From contig JBAZBD010000001.1 of NCBI GenBank assembly GCA_041671645.1, positions 85,561-149,560 of the forward strand: a stretch of DNA of 64,000 nt, in the 5' to 3' direction. This document shows, piece by piece, positions 55,945-64,000 of this stretch. Origin of the DNA: Patescibacteria group bacterium (GTDB lineage Bacteria > Patescibacteriota > UBA1384 > XYA2-FULL-43-10 > 1-14-0-10-43-13). A model generated the notes under the pieces. It saw only the letters and a list, made by a program, of their open reading frames with translations, did no database searches and was not told where the DNA came from. A program made the translations under genes and the position numbers. The stretch's first letter is position 1, and the number at the start of each line of letters is the position of its first letter.

Positions 55945-56640
55945 TTATAACTCGTCTTTGAGGATGTCGTCGAGCTCTTCGTTGAGCTTAGATAGACGCT
56001 CAGCTTCGTCAGCTGGCTCTTTCTTCTTCGCAACTTTGCGAACTGGCTTAACTTCTTCTTTTACTTCTACAACTGGTTTCTCTTTGACAACTTTTTCTTT
56101 TTTGACTGGTTTGATTTCAGCCTCAACCTTTTCAACCTTAACTTCAGGCTCCTCTGTCTCTTCTTCAGGACTTTCAACTTTCGACTTTGGACTTTCAACT
56201 TCCGTGGCTTCTTCTTTTTCTTCTCTTACGGCCATGAGATCACGACTCTGCTCTGTCTCACCTTCGATTGCCTCAAATGATTTGTGGCCAATCAGGGCTT
56301 CGATCTCTTCGGTTCCTGCAATTTCGTCCTGTGTCAATGTGATTGTCTGGTCTCCGTAATCTTTGACCATCATCAATTGGCGAATGACAGTAGTTTCAAG
56401 TCTAATCTCTCTCTCGAGCTCGCGAGCCTTGTCGGCTGGAAGTGAAAAATAGATAGTAACGTAAGTTGCAAAGTCCTGCTTTTTGATCGTATAGCAGAGT
56501 TTGCGCCGTCCCCAAATGTCCTCTTTGCTGATTTTGCCGCCGAGACCATTAATAAGACCTGCAATTTTGCCGGTCACTTTGTTCAAATCTGTCTCGCGTA
56601 CTTCATCAGAAATCATGTACGTAAGTTCGTACTGTCTCAT
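55945..56640 (-). CDS. rpsF: 30S ribosomal protein S6 with a ~135-aa charged C-terminal extension
   Basis: MRQYEL, WGRRKL.Y.IKK and VIR motifs; rpsF-ssb-rpsR synteny. Confidence 0.93.
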   Translation of the reverse strand: MRQYELTYMISDEVRETDLNKVTGKIAGLINGLGGKISKEDIWGRRKLCYTIKKQDFATYVTIYFSLPADKARELEREIRLETTVIRQLMMVKDYGDQTITLTQDEIAGTEEIEALIGHKSFEAIEGETEQSRDLMAVREEKEEATEVESPKSKVESPEEETEEPEVKVEKVEAEIKPVKKEKVVKEKPVVEVKEEVKPVRKVAKKKEPADEAERLSKLNEELDDILKDEL

Positions 56641-56784
56641 GTAATCCTTTCGGCGCTAGCTGGCCCTTTCGGGAGTCCAATTGAGATCGGACGCTAGCTT
56701 CCTTGTCATCAAAGCCAAGGAAAAGTTAATTAATTTAAGCCAATAATAGCACGAAAATCGCTGGTCGTCAATCGTTTGGCACTC

Positions 56785-58143
56785 TCAATTGAGAGGGTCT
56801 AGATTCATCGGCCTGCGAGTGTCGTAGAAGGACTGATTGACCCACTCTGGCACGGGCTCATTTTGGTAGAGATCGAAGAATTCCGAGAGAAAAGTAGTGG
56901 CGTAGGAACCCTTGTCGAGATCAAAATAGAAAACATAGCCCATTGGCGCTTTGTAGGCGTTGTAAATCTTGGGCATGATTCTGGTCTTGATCATGATCGG
57001 AGTGTTGCCGAAAAGTTCACCGAAGAACGGCTGATCAAACTGAAGGGTAGAGAGCTCTGATTCTGGAATTATTGGGCGATAAAGAGCTAGTACTTCGGCC
57101 GAACCATTCAATACTGGTAATTCGTCCGGGAGCTGGAGATTGTTCTTGATGTAATGTGAAACTAGGCGGTTAAACCAGAAGCTTCGGTAAGCGTGAACGA
57201 ATAGTTTGGTTGATTTGAATATCTGCTTCAGCGCCAAGACTGGCTTGCCCGTGCTTTGCAATTCGCGAAGGAGCTCTAGGTCATAACGGAAGAAATAGGG
57301 GAATTGAGCGAACGATTCAGTCATCTTGGCCCAATCTCCATAAAAGGCCGCGGCCTTGGCTCGAATGTCAGCCAAAACTTTGATCTCTTGGGTTGAAGGC
57401 TCTGCCAATATCAATCTGATCGCTTCGTCATAATTGCCCTTAAATATGGCTTGGCCGACGAAGTGATTATTGAGTCTGACTGAGCCGAAGCGTTGGAGGG
57501 AATAGAAGTTCAAGAATCCCGCCTTATTTACCTCTGTGACCCGCTCTCGCAGGATTTCTTCGTTCAATTGAGGATTTGTCCGGACCAGGATGGTGAAGCG
57601 GTTGCCGGTGAGGTCTCCGACTCCGACAACTCCTTTGCGCAAGCGGATATTCTTGAGAGTTAGGTTTGGCAAATCGACGCTTCGAAGCTGTTCCTTGGAT
57701 ACTCCGTTGAAGGTCATCTTCTGAGAAGTAATGGCGTTTTCGTCTTTGAGTCCCGCATAGCCGATTTCTGAGAGAGAAATACGAAGGGCGTTGGCTAATC
57801 GGTCGGCCGCTTCGAGCGTGCCAATTCCGTTTTTGACCACCTCTGCTTCGGTGATCGGTCGGTTGCTCAATTCAACTTCGTCTGGAAGCACGTCCTTTTC
57901 TTTGTTGATCGTGCTCACCTGCCCGTCCAGACCGATCTCTTCGACGATAAAGTCGGAGGGCAAAAATTTGATCATGCCAAGGCCTGCGATTTTGCGATCA
58001 TAATCGATGCCGATATAGCGGAGGAAGGGAGTGGTAAATTGAGGCGAATGAGGCGCGACAACAGAGGCGGGGTCCAGGCGTTTGATCTCACTAAGCTTGG
58101 CCTCGTCAATCTCCTTGAGGGCTAATTCTTCTTTTTCTTGCAT
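56785..58143 (-). CDS. truD: tRNA pseudouridine(13) synthase TruD-like
   Basis: DFIVEEI, GYAGLKD..AITSQ, GDLTGNRF, NFYSLQRFG and KGSYATTFL motifs. Confidence 0.92.
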   Translation of the reverse strand: MQEKEELALKEIDEAKLSEIKRLDPASVVAPHSPQFTTPFLRYIGIDYDRKIAGLGMIKFLPSDFIVEEIGLDGQVSTINKEKDVLPDEVELSNRPITEAEVVKNGIGTLEAADRLANALRISLSEIGYAGLKDENAITSQKMTFNGVSKEQLRSVDLPNLTLKNIRLRKGVVGVGDLTGNRFTILVRTNPQLNEEILRERVTEVNKAGFLNFYSLQRFGSVRLNNHFVGQAIFKGNYDEAIRLILAEPSTQEIKVLADIRAKAAAFYGDWAKMTESFAQFPYFFRYDLELLRELQSTGKPVLALKQIFKSTKLFVHAYRSFWFNRLVSHYIKNNLQLPDELPVLNGSAEVLALYRPIIPESELSTLQFDQPFFGELFGNTPIMIKTRIMPKIYNAYKAPMGYVFYFDLDKGSYATTFLSEFFDLYQNEPVPEWVNQSFYDTRRPMNLDPLN

Positions 58144-58250
58144 GGGATTATTATACTATTTGTTTATAATTTAGGCCAATTTGGCAAAATTGGGCATAGA
58201 AATGGCTCGTACCGAATGATATTTCGTGGTACGAGCCTGATTTCCTCCTT

Positions 58251-58913
58251 TTATTTGTGCGGGATCCCCACAACGTTTACAAAGGCTTGGCCGCCCCTGC
58301 AGACAAAAGCCACATCGGTCTCTTTTACGTATAGGGAGTGGCCTTCGCTCGGGACGTAGAGAAGAATGTTCGCCGAATCGGCGGATTGGCCGCTGGACAG
58401 ATCTGGCGGGTTGCGCCAAACATTCGGGAAATTTAACCGTACGCCGGTTGGGCTACCTTCTGGCCCAGCCAGCCTCCGCAAGATTGCGGCGAACTGGGCG
58501 CCACTCAGAGCGCCAGAGCCTTCGGCCGATGGGCCTTGGCGAATTTCGAGGCGTGTGTCTTTTGCCATCCCTGAGGAGTCAACTGTGCAGACCCACCGGG
58601 CGTGCCAGAGGATCTGCGGACGGGTCAAGAAGTCCGCCAAGAGAGCACCATCGAAGGTCCCCTTGGTTTGGAGTTGAATTCCCAAATCGATGGTCCCTCG
58701 ATCATTGGTTGAGATCGTTTCGGGGTCGATTCCGAGAGCGGTGGCAAGAGTCTCCCACTTGGTCGACTGACCGGTCTGATCCCTCTCAACCGGTTTTATT
58801 TGGTCGAGAAAGGGACAGAGTCGCTCAATACCCCGGAGGGTAATGAGACTTATAAACACGAACGGGTCTAAGCCCGCGGCAATCTTCTGTTGCCAGTATT
58901 CTTGTACGTTCAT
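58251..58913 (-). CDS. Hypothetical protein
   Basis: 220-aa ORF with GGAGG upstream of ATG. Confidence 0.65.
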   Translation of the reverse strand: MNVQEYWQQKIAAGLDPFVFISLITLRGIERLCPFLDQIKPVERDQTGQSTKWETLATALGIDPETISTNDRGTIDLGIQLQTKGTFDGALLADFLTRPQILWHARWVCTVDSSGMAKDTRLEIRQGPSAEGSGALSGAQFAAILRRLAGPEGSPTGVRLNFPNVWRNPPDLSSGQSADSANILLYVPSEGHSLYVKETDVAFVCRGGQAFVNVVGIPHK

Positions 58914-59009
58914 GGCGTACCTCCAGTTCAGAATTTTGGTATTTCAGTAATGGAATATAATACCAAAAAAGAGCCAATTTGTCAACAGGCTTTTGTGTTT
59001 GGGGAGAGT

Positions 59010-60134
59010 TTAGACGTTGAAACGGAAGAGTACGACGTCGCCGTCACGCATGATATAGCTCTTGCCTTCAGTGCGAATGAGGCCCTTCGATTTGGCATTT
59101 GCCCACGAATTAGAGTTCAAAAGATCTTTGTAATTGACGATTTCAGCGGCGATGAAGCCTCTTTCAAAGTCGCCATGTATGACGCCAGCCGCTTGAGGAG
59201 CAGTGTCTCCCTGATGAATAGTCCAAGCCCGAGTTTCGTCCTCGCCGGTAGTCAGATATGTCTGTAGACCGAGTATCCGATAAGCTTCCTTGATTAGTCG
59301 GTCTAGTCCGGAATCCTCGAGTCCTAACTCGGCCAAATATTCTGCTTTTTCCCCTTCGTCGAGCTCATTTAGCTCCGATTCAAGCTTTGCGGAAATAGGG
59401 ATAAAATCATTTGTCATCCCAGACTTGATCTGGGATCCAGAAATATTAGCCTGGATTCCAGTCTTCACTGGAATGACACGATCAAAATTGGCAATTTTAT
59501 CTTCGGCGACGTTGGCGATATAAATGACTGGTTTCTGAGTCATCAAGCCCAAGTTCTTGATCTGTAGTTTTTCGTCGTCATTTAAGTCTGTTTCACGAGC
59601 ATTTTTGCCGGCATTTAGTACAGTTTGAACCTTTTTCAATCCTGATTGTAAACTCTTGGCTTCCTTGTTCCCACTTTTGAGCTCTTTTTCGACGGAAGAA
59701 AGGCGTTTTTCGACAGTATTTAAGTCAGCCAATTGGAGCTCTGTTTCGATCGTATTGATGTCGTCTGCAGGGTCAATTTTGCCTTCGACGTGGACGACAT
59801 TTTCGTCTTCGAAGAAGCGGACGACCATGCCGATAGCGTCGCATTCGCGGATAGCGGCCAGGAATTTGTTGCCTAGTCCTTCACCTTTGGAAGCGCCGCG
59901 AACAAGGCCGGCAATATCGACGAATTCGACTACAGCAGGCACGATTTTCTTGGATTTTGACATTTCGGCTAGCGGTGCGAGCCTTTCGTCGGGAACTTCA
60001 ACAATACCCACATTGGGCTCGATGGTGCAGAAGGGATAATTGGCCGCTTCCGCATGAGAGCCTTTGACAAGGGTGTTGAACAAAGTTGATTTGCCGACAT
60101 TTGGCAGGCCGACGATGCCGATTTTTAAACTCAT
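59010..60134 (-). CDS. ychF: Ribosome-binding ATPase YchF with a REP-doublet insert
   Basis: GIVGLPNVGKSTLFN, ANYPFCTIEPN, DIAGLV, GEGLGNKFL and FRFNV motifs. Confidence 0.97.
   Translation of the reverse strand: MSLKIGIVGLPNVGKSTLFNTLVKGSHAEAANYPFCTIEPNVGIVEVPDERLAPLAEMSKSKKIVPAVVEFVDIAGLVRGASKGEGLGNKFLAAIRECDAIGMVVRFFEDENVVHVEGKIDPADDINTIETELQLADLNTVEKRLSSVEKELKSGNKEAKSLQSGLKKVQTVLNAGKNARETDLNDDEKLQIKNLGLMTQKPVIYIANVAEDKIANFDRVIPVKTGIQANISGSQIKSGMTNDFIPISAKLESELNELDEGEKAEYLAELGLEDSGLDRLIKEAYRILGLQTYLTTGEDETRAWTIHQGDTAPQAAGVIHGDFERGFIAAEIVNYKDLLNSNSWANAKSKGLIRTEGKSYIMRDGDVVLFRFNV
59413..59477. repeat. Inverted doublet of GTCAT-palindromes inside ychF
   Basis: gtcatcccagacttgatctgggatcca ... 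tggattccagtcttcactggaatgac. Confidence 0.85.
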
Positions 60135-60204
60135 AATGGGCTGATTCTAGCAGAAAAGGGCTCAAATTGAAACATGAATTAAAAAAGCAGGCAAATGATG
60201 CCTG

Positions 60205-60867
60205 CTAACCGATAAGTTTGAAGGGGAAGCTGTCACGCTCCTCACTATGAATGTTCTGTCCGATGATGACTTTGGCGCGAAGCCAGAAGAGTATTCGTTT
60301 CAGATAAGTACTGCCCATAATCTGATCATTTGTCGAGTCAAGGGCTTCTACCAAGTTTGATCTGTTTGGGATCAGATAGGGCACCGCATCTTCGGTGAAT
60401 CGATTGGTAAAAGGTTCCTTGATCTGATCCAACATATGACGCAGAACTTTTTCAGCAAATGAGATTTCGTCCTCGATTGGCTGTTTTATCTCTGGTCCGA
60501 CGAATTGCCTATACTCGCGAATGAGTGAATCATGACGCAGATCATTGTCGTACCAGGCCGAGAGGCCATTTCTGTTCATGTCCGTCCACCCTTCCGGTGG
60601 TTCAATCGGATTGACTACTGGCCATCGCTCTTTGTATTGAGCAAGAGCATAGAGGGAATAGGTCAGAACCTTTTTCCCGCTGTCACAGTCTAAGGTGAAG
60701 ACAACTGAGACACAGAAGGCAGTCTTGGGTATGCAAGCGAGCATGACACTTGTCTGTATGCTCGTCGTCTCAGGCATAGGCGGGTTGAATAGCTCTTTGT
60801 AATAAAGCTTCAGCCCGAAGGATTCAAAGATTCCGCCAAATTGGCGTGCAATATTCTGAATATCCAT
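60205..60867 (-). CDS. Hypothetical protein
   Basis: 220-aa ORF with GAGGT SD and a downstream terminator hairpin (60183-60206). Confidence 0.65.
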   Translation of the reverse strand: MDIQNIARQFGGIFESFGLKLYYKELFNPPMPETTSIQTSVMLACIPKTAFCVSVVFTLDCDSGKKVLTYSLYALAQYKERWPVVNPIEPPEGWTDMNRNGLSAWYDNDLRHDSLIREYRQFVGPEIKQPIEDEISFAEKVLRHMLDQIKEPFTNRFTEDAVPYLIPNRSNLVEALDSTNDQIMGSTYLKRILFWLRAKVIIGQNIHSEERDSFPFKLIG

Positions 60868-60932
60868 TGTAAATACCTCTTGCCTGTCTTATAACACTTT
60901 TCATCTTTTTTGGCAAATAAAAATCTCCATTA

Positions 60933-61484
60933 TCATGGTAATGGAGACTGGCTTTGCTTTTTCATCTTAGAACGTGGGATGCCCTCAGCGCCGAGGACGA
61001 TGGCGTTTGTTATGTATTCTTTAATTAAGCTTTTCGGCTGAAAAGGTTCATGTTGAGCCATCACATATGGTCTTGTTACATAACTTGATGCAAAGATCGT
61101 GATTTTCTCTGGCACATCTGTCCAGAATTCTTCATTTATGATTACTCGATAAGCGTAGAAGACGACGTCCTCATCGTTCATTTCTCGGAGTGTTACAGGA
61201 TACTTTCCTTCTGGCAAATACGCCATCATAGCGTAGACTCTCCCAAGCAACTCCCTGAGTGCTGAGCCACAAGTCGTGAGCGCTTGCTTACCTGTGAAAT
61301 ATCTAGCGATAAAGTAAGCCAGAACGCCGATGCCAGCGATTGCTAAATCGATCAATACTCCGAACCAACCCTTTGTTGCGTAATCGTTCATTAACGAACG
61401 AACTGAATCTATAACTATGTACACTAACACTATGCCCGCGACAACAAAGAAAATAATCCTTGTCGTGTTCATTCTTTTGTTCAT
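60933..61484 (-). CDS. Hypothetical two-TM protein
   Basis: Start MNKRMN after GGGGGA; two hydrophobic segments. Confidence 0.6.
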   Translation of the reverse strand: MNKRMNTTRIIFFVVAGIVLVYIVIDSVRSLMNDYATKGWFGVLIDLAIAGIGVLAYFIARYFTGKQALTTCGSALRELLGRVYAMMAYLPEGKYPVTLREMNDEDVVFYAYRVIINEEFWTDVPEKITIFASSYVTRPYVMAQHEPFQPKSLIKEYITNAIVLGAEGIPRSKMKKQSQSPLP

Positions 61485-61593
61485 TTCTAGTCCCCCCTGA
61501 AATGCATTCACAAACAAGTTGTGTGGATTTTTTATAACACGCTTTATTCTTTTTGGCAAATAGAAAAGCCCCGATAGTTCGGGGCTTGGGTAA

Positions 61594-61983
61594 TTAGTTA
61601 TGCTTTTTGGCATTGGATGCCATGTAAGCATGTCGGCGCCATCTCTGTACGGAGTGGGCGCATGTCGGCGCGACGTGGTAATGCACCATCAACATCCTTA
61701 TGGCGATGCGGCGAAACGGTCGTGGCGACTTGAGCGTTTGGATCATCGGTTCGACGACCCACAGTCCCCATTCTTTCCTCGAAAGGATGCGAACGATTGG
61801 GGAAAAAAATAATGTCGGGATCAACATGATGGCCCAGAAGGCCAAGGAAGCGTTAAGCTTCGCTCGTCTCAAGGCCCACATCACGTGTGGACTGATCCTC
61901 ATTGTTACGGGATCTGAGAGATCCCAAGTTCTGGAGCTTGAACCGACCATTGGTCGATTCATAGTGTTTTCTGCTGTAACCAT
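61594..61983 (-). CDS. Hypothetical protein
   Basis: 129-aa ORF with AAGGA upstream and a terminator hairpin at 61565-61588. Confidence 0.45.
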   Translation of the reverse strand: MVTAENTMNRPMVGSSSRTWDLSDPVTMRISPHVMWALRRAKLNASLAFWAIMLIPTLFFSPIVRILSRKEWGLWVVEPMIQTLKSPRPFRRIAIRMLMVHYHVAPTCAHSVQRWRRHAYMASNAKKHN

Positions 61984-62128
61984 TGCTACTACATCCTTTG
62001 GGGAAGTTGGCCGAAAAATAAAACACTCCTTCGATGAAGGGGTGTAAATATTACTTTTAGACCTAAAGTCATATTAACATGTTATCTCTATGTAGTCAAG
62101 GGTTTTCGACCTTTATTTTTCACTCAGG

Positions 62129-62150
62129 CCCCGAAGGGGAGCCTTCGGCT
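62129..62150. repeat. 22-nt double mini-hairpin element
   Basis: cccc-gaa-gggg-agcc-ttc-ggct. Confidence 0.8.
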
Positions 62151-62204
62151 TTGGCGAGTGAGTAGGTTCTTTAATTCTAAATCAAGATACGTTATCATCA
62201 GTGC

Positions 62205-63203
62205 ATGGAAAAGAAAACACTAGTATTGATAGATTCGAACGCGATAATTCATCGCGCTTATCATGCTTTGCCCAAGACGATGTCGACGCGCAAAGGCGAG
62301 CTGACCAATGTTGTCTACGGTTATACCACGACTTTAATCAAAGTTTTGGAGGATTTGAAGCCTGACTACATTGCTGCTTCGTTTGATGTCTCAAAAAACA
62401 CCTTTCGACTGGCAGAATATGCCGAGTACAAAGCCCATCGGGTCAAAGCCGATCAGGAGCTATATGATCAAATCCCTCGAGTCAAGCAATTATTGAACGT
62501 CTTGAGCGTTCCGATATATGAGTTGGAAGGATTTGAGGCTGATGACGTCATCGGCACGATTGCACATATTTGTCAGGAGTCAGGAGTCGGGGGTCAGGAG
62601 AATGGCTCCAAACTCCAAACTCCAAACTCCCTGCATATTTACATCGTGACGGGGGACAAGGACGCATTTCAATTAGTCGACGGTAACATTGAAGTTTATG
62701 ATTTGAAACACGGTCTATCTGACGCACAGATTGTCAATTCGACGGTGATCAAGACGCTCTGGAATTTGGATCCTTACGACTTCATCGATCTCAAGGCTCT
62801 GGCCGGCGATCCCTCTGACAACATCCCGGGCGTGCCAGGGATTGGGCCCAAGACTGCAACTCTTCTTTTGCAAAAATATGACACGTTAGTAGATATATAC
62901 AAGAGAATCGACGAGGGCCTGGAGCTCGACGTTAAACCCAGAATTCTTGGCTTGCTCAAGGAGTACAAAGAGCAAGCATTTCTCTCCCAGCGACTCGCCA
63001 CCATCCGCAAGGACGTACCGCTTGATTTCAAACTGGAAGATTGCCAATGGGGGGACTATGATAAGGATAGCGTCAGGGACTTTTTCGAAGAAATGCAGTT
63101 TAACTCACTGCTTCGACGATTCGGAGCGATCAAAGGCGACATGCCCAAGACCGAGCAATCAAAAGAACAAAAGAAGCAAGATGATCAATTAAAATTGTTA
63201 TAG
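62205..63203 (+). CDS. Stand-alone 5'-3' exonuclease/flap endonuclease (Pol I N-terminal domain only) with a heptamer insert
   Basis: LID.N..IHRAYHA, YKAHR, EADDVIGT, TGDKD and GDPSDNIPGVPGIGPKTA motifs; no polymerase domain. Confidence 0.92.
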   Translation: MEKKTLVLIDSNAIIHRAYHALPKTMSTRKGELTNVVYGYTTTLIKVLEDLKPDYIAASFDVSKNTFRLAEYAEYKAHRVKADQELYDQIPRVKQLLNVLSVPIYELEGFEADDVIGTIAHICQESGVGGQENGSKLQTPNSLHIYIVTGDKDAFQLVDGNIEVYDLKHGLSDAQIVNSTVIKTLWNLDPYDFIDLKALAGDPSDNIPGVPGIGPKTATLLLQKYDTLVDIYKRIDEGLELDVKPRILGLLKEYKEQAFLSQRLATIRKDVPLDFKLEDCQWGDYDKDSVRDFFEEMQFNSLLRRFGAIKGDMPKTEQSKEQKKQDDQLKLL

Positions 63204-63222
63204 TAAACAATGGAGTAAAATA

Positions 63223-63903
63223 ATGGATTCGGCAGAACACAATACGATTAAATACTCGATTTCTTACCAAGACACCCAAATGGATTTTCGAAATATCAAA
63301 AGATTGCAGAAAATCATCAGGCTCATCGATCCTTGCGATGATTTTCTTGATATAGGTTGCTGGGACGGCTACTTGATGAAGCAGTTTGTGAAAAGTGGCA
63401 AAGTCAAGAAAGCTGTCGGTGTTGATAATTCAAAGTCAGCTATTGAAATGGCGAAAAAGGATGGTCTTGAGGTTGTATTGGTTGAATCAGTTGATAAAAA
63501 GATTCCTTTTGGCGATGAAAGTTTTGATTGTGTATTCGCTGGAGAAATTATTGAGCATATTTATGATGTGAACAATTTTACTCTCGAAATAGAAAGAGTT
63601 TTAAAGAAAAATGGTCAACTCATAATTACAACGCCAAATCTGGCTTCATTTGGATCGCGGATGAGATTGTTGTTTGGCAAGACGCCTTGGATGATTGAAA
63701 ATATTCTGGAGAAAGATTCGGCTGGCCATATCCGATATTTTACCTTTGACTCCTTGGAAAAAGTGCTGGAGGACCGTGGGTTTACAGTCGAACAATGCGC
63801 AACAAATGTTATTCAGCTCAACAAATATAATTTGACTGGTTCCCTCGCCGATTTATTTTATAAGTTAGGCTCAAATATTATTATCAAGTGTAGAAAGAAT
63901 TGA
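63223..63903 (+). CDS. Class I SAM-dependent methyltransferase
   Basis: LDIGCWDG, FDCVFAGEIIEH, ITTPN and HIRYFT motifs. Confidence 0.9.
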   Translation: MDSAEHNTIKYSISYQDTQMDFRNIKRLQKIIRLIDPCDDFLDIGCWDGYLMKQFVKSGKVKKAVGVDNSKSAIEMAKKDGLEVVLVESVDKKIPFGDESFDCVFAGEIIEHIYDVNNFTLEIERVLKKNGQLIITTPNLASFGSRMRLLFGKTPWMIENILEKDSAGHIRYFTFDSLEKVLEDRGFTVEQCATNVIQLNKYNLTGSLADLFYKLGSNIIIKCRKN

Positions 63904-63907
63904 TCAG

Positions 63908-64000
63908 ATGAATGATTCAGCTATGAAAGTATTACTCACAACCAAAGACCAAGACATTTATCCCGACGAAACTTTTGACCCAGACAACGATTGGAAAAAA
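63908..64000 (+). CDS. Partial ORF running off the window
   Basis: ATG 4 nt after the previous stop; open to the window end. Confidence 0.45.
   Translation, partial: MNDSAMKVLLTTKDQDIYPDETFDPDNDWKK

Noticed and set aside
56641-56720. Possible S6:S18 leader RNA upstream of rpsF
   Set aside because: Some pairing potential (gctagc repeats), but I could not confirm the conserved motif by eye.
781-62630. Short repeat arrays as CRISPR
   Set aside because: Units are 7-9 bp in tandem with no unique spacers, and there are no cas genes.
62205-63203. Frameshifted polA pseudogene
   Set aside because: The ORF ends cleanly and is followed by an unrelated methyltransferase, not polymerase sequence.

Overview
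Chromosomal window from a bacterium of standard genetic code whose gene content points to Patescibacteria/CPR (inferred). It spans the replication origin (recF-dnaN-oriC-dnaA / rpmH-rnpA-yidD-yidC) and many housekeeping genes (tsaD, murE, xerC-like, galU, ndk, efp, rpsF-ssb-rpsR, truD, ychF), plus four tRNAs. It also holds a ~23.5 kb T4SS-like operon (VirB6-like, PrgI, VirB4, cell-wall hydrolases, a 3163-aa giant protein) and a tandem array of VirB2/TrbC-like pilins. Two things stand out. (1) The giant protein appears to be an M15-like Zn-peptidase domain whose two catalytic halves are separated by ~2,750 aa of repetitive insert, with a compact paralog encoded directly upstream. (2) The window is full of tiny, apparently mobile repeats: 7/8/9-bp tandem arrays arranged as inverted arms (flanking a four-helix-bundle gene, also present as empty copies and as in-frame inserts in tsaD, polA-like, femX-like, xerC-like and rpsF), a 22-nt double-hairpin element, and three other palindrome families. 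A duplicated tsaD 5' end carries two of these elements at precisely definable insertion points. All calls are from motif reading by eye; no database searches were run.
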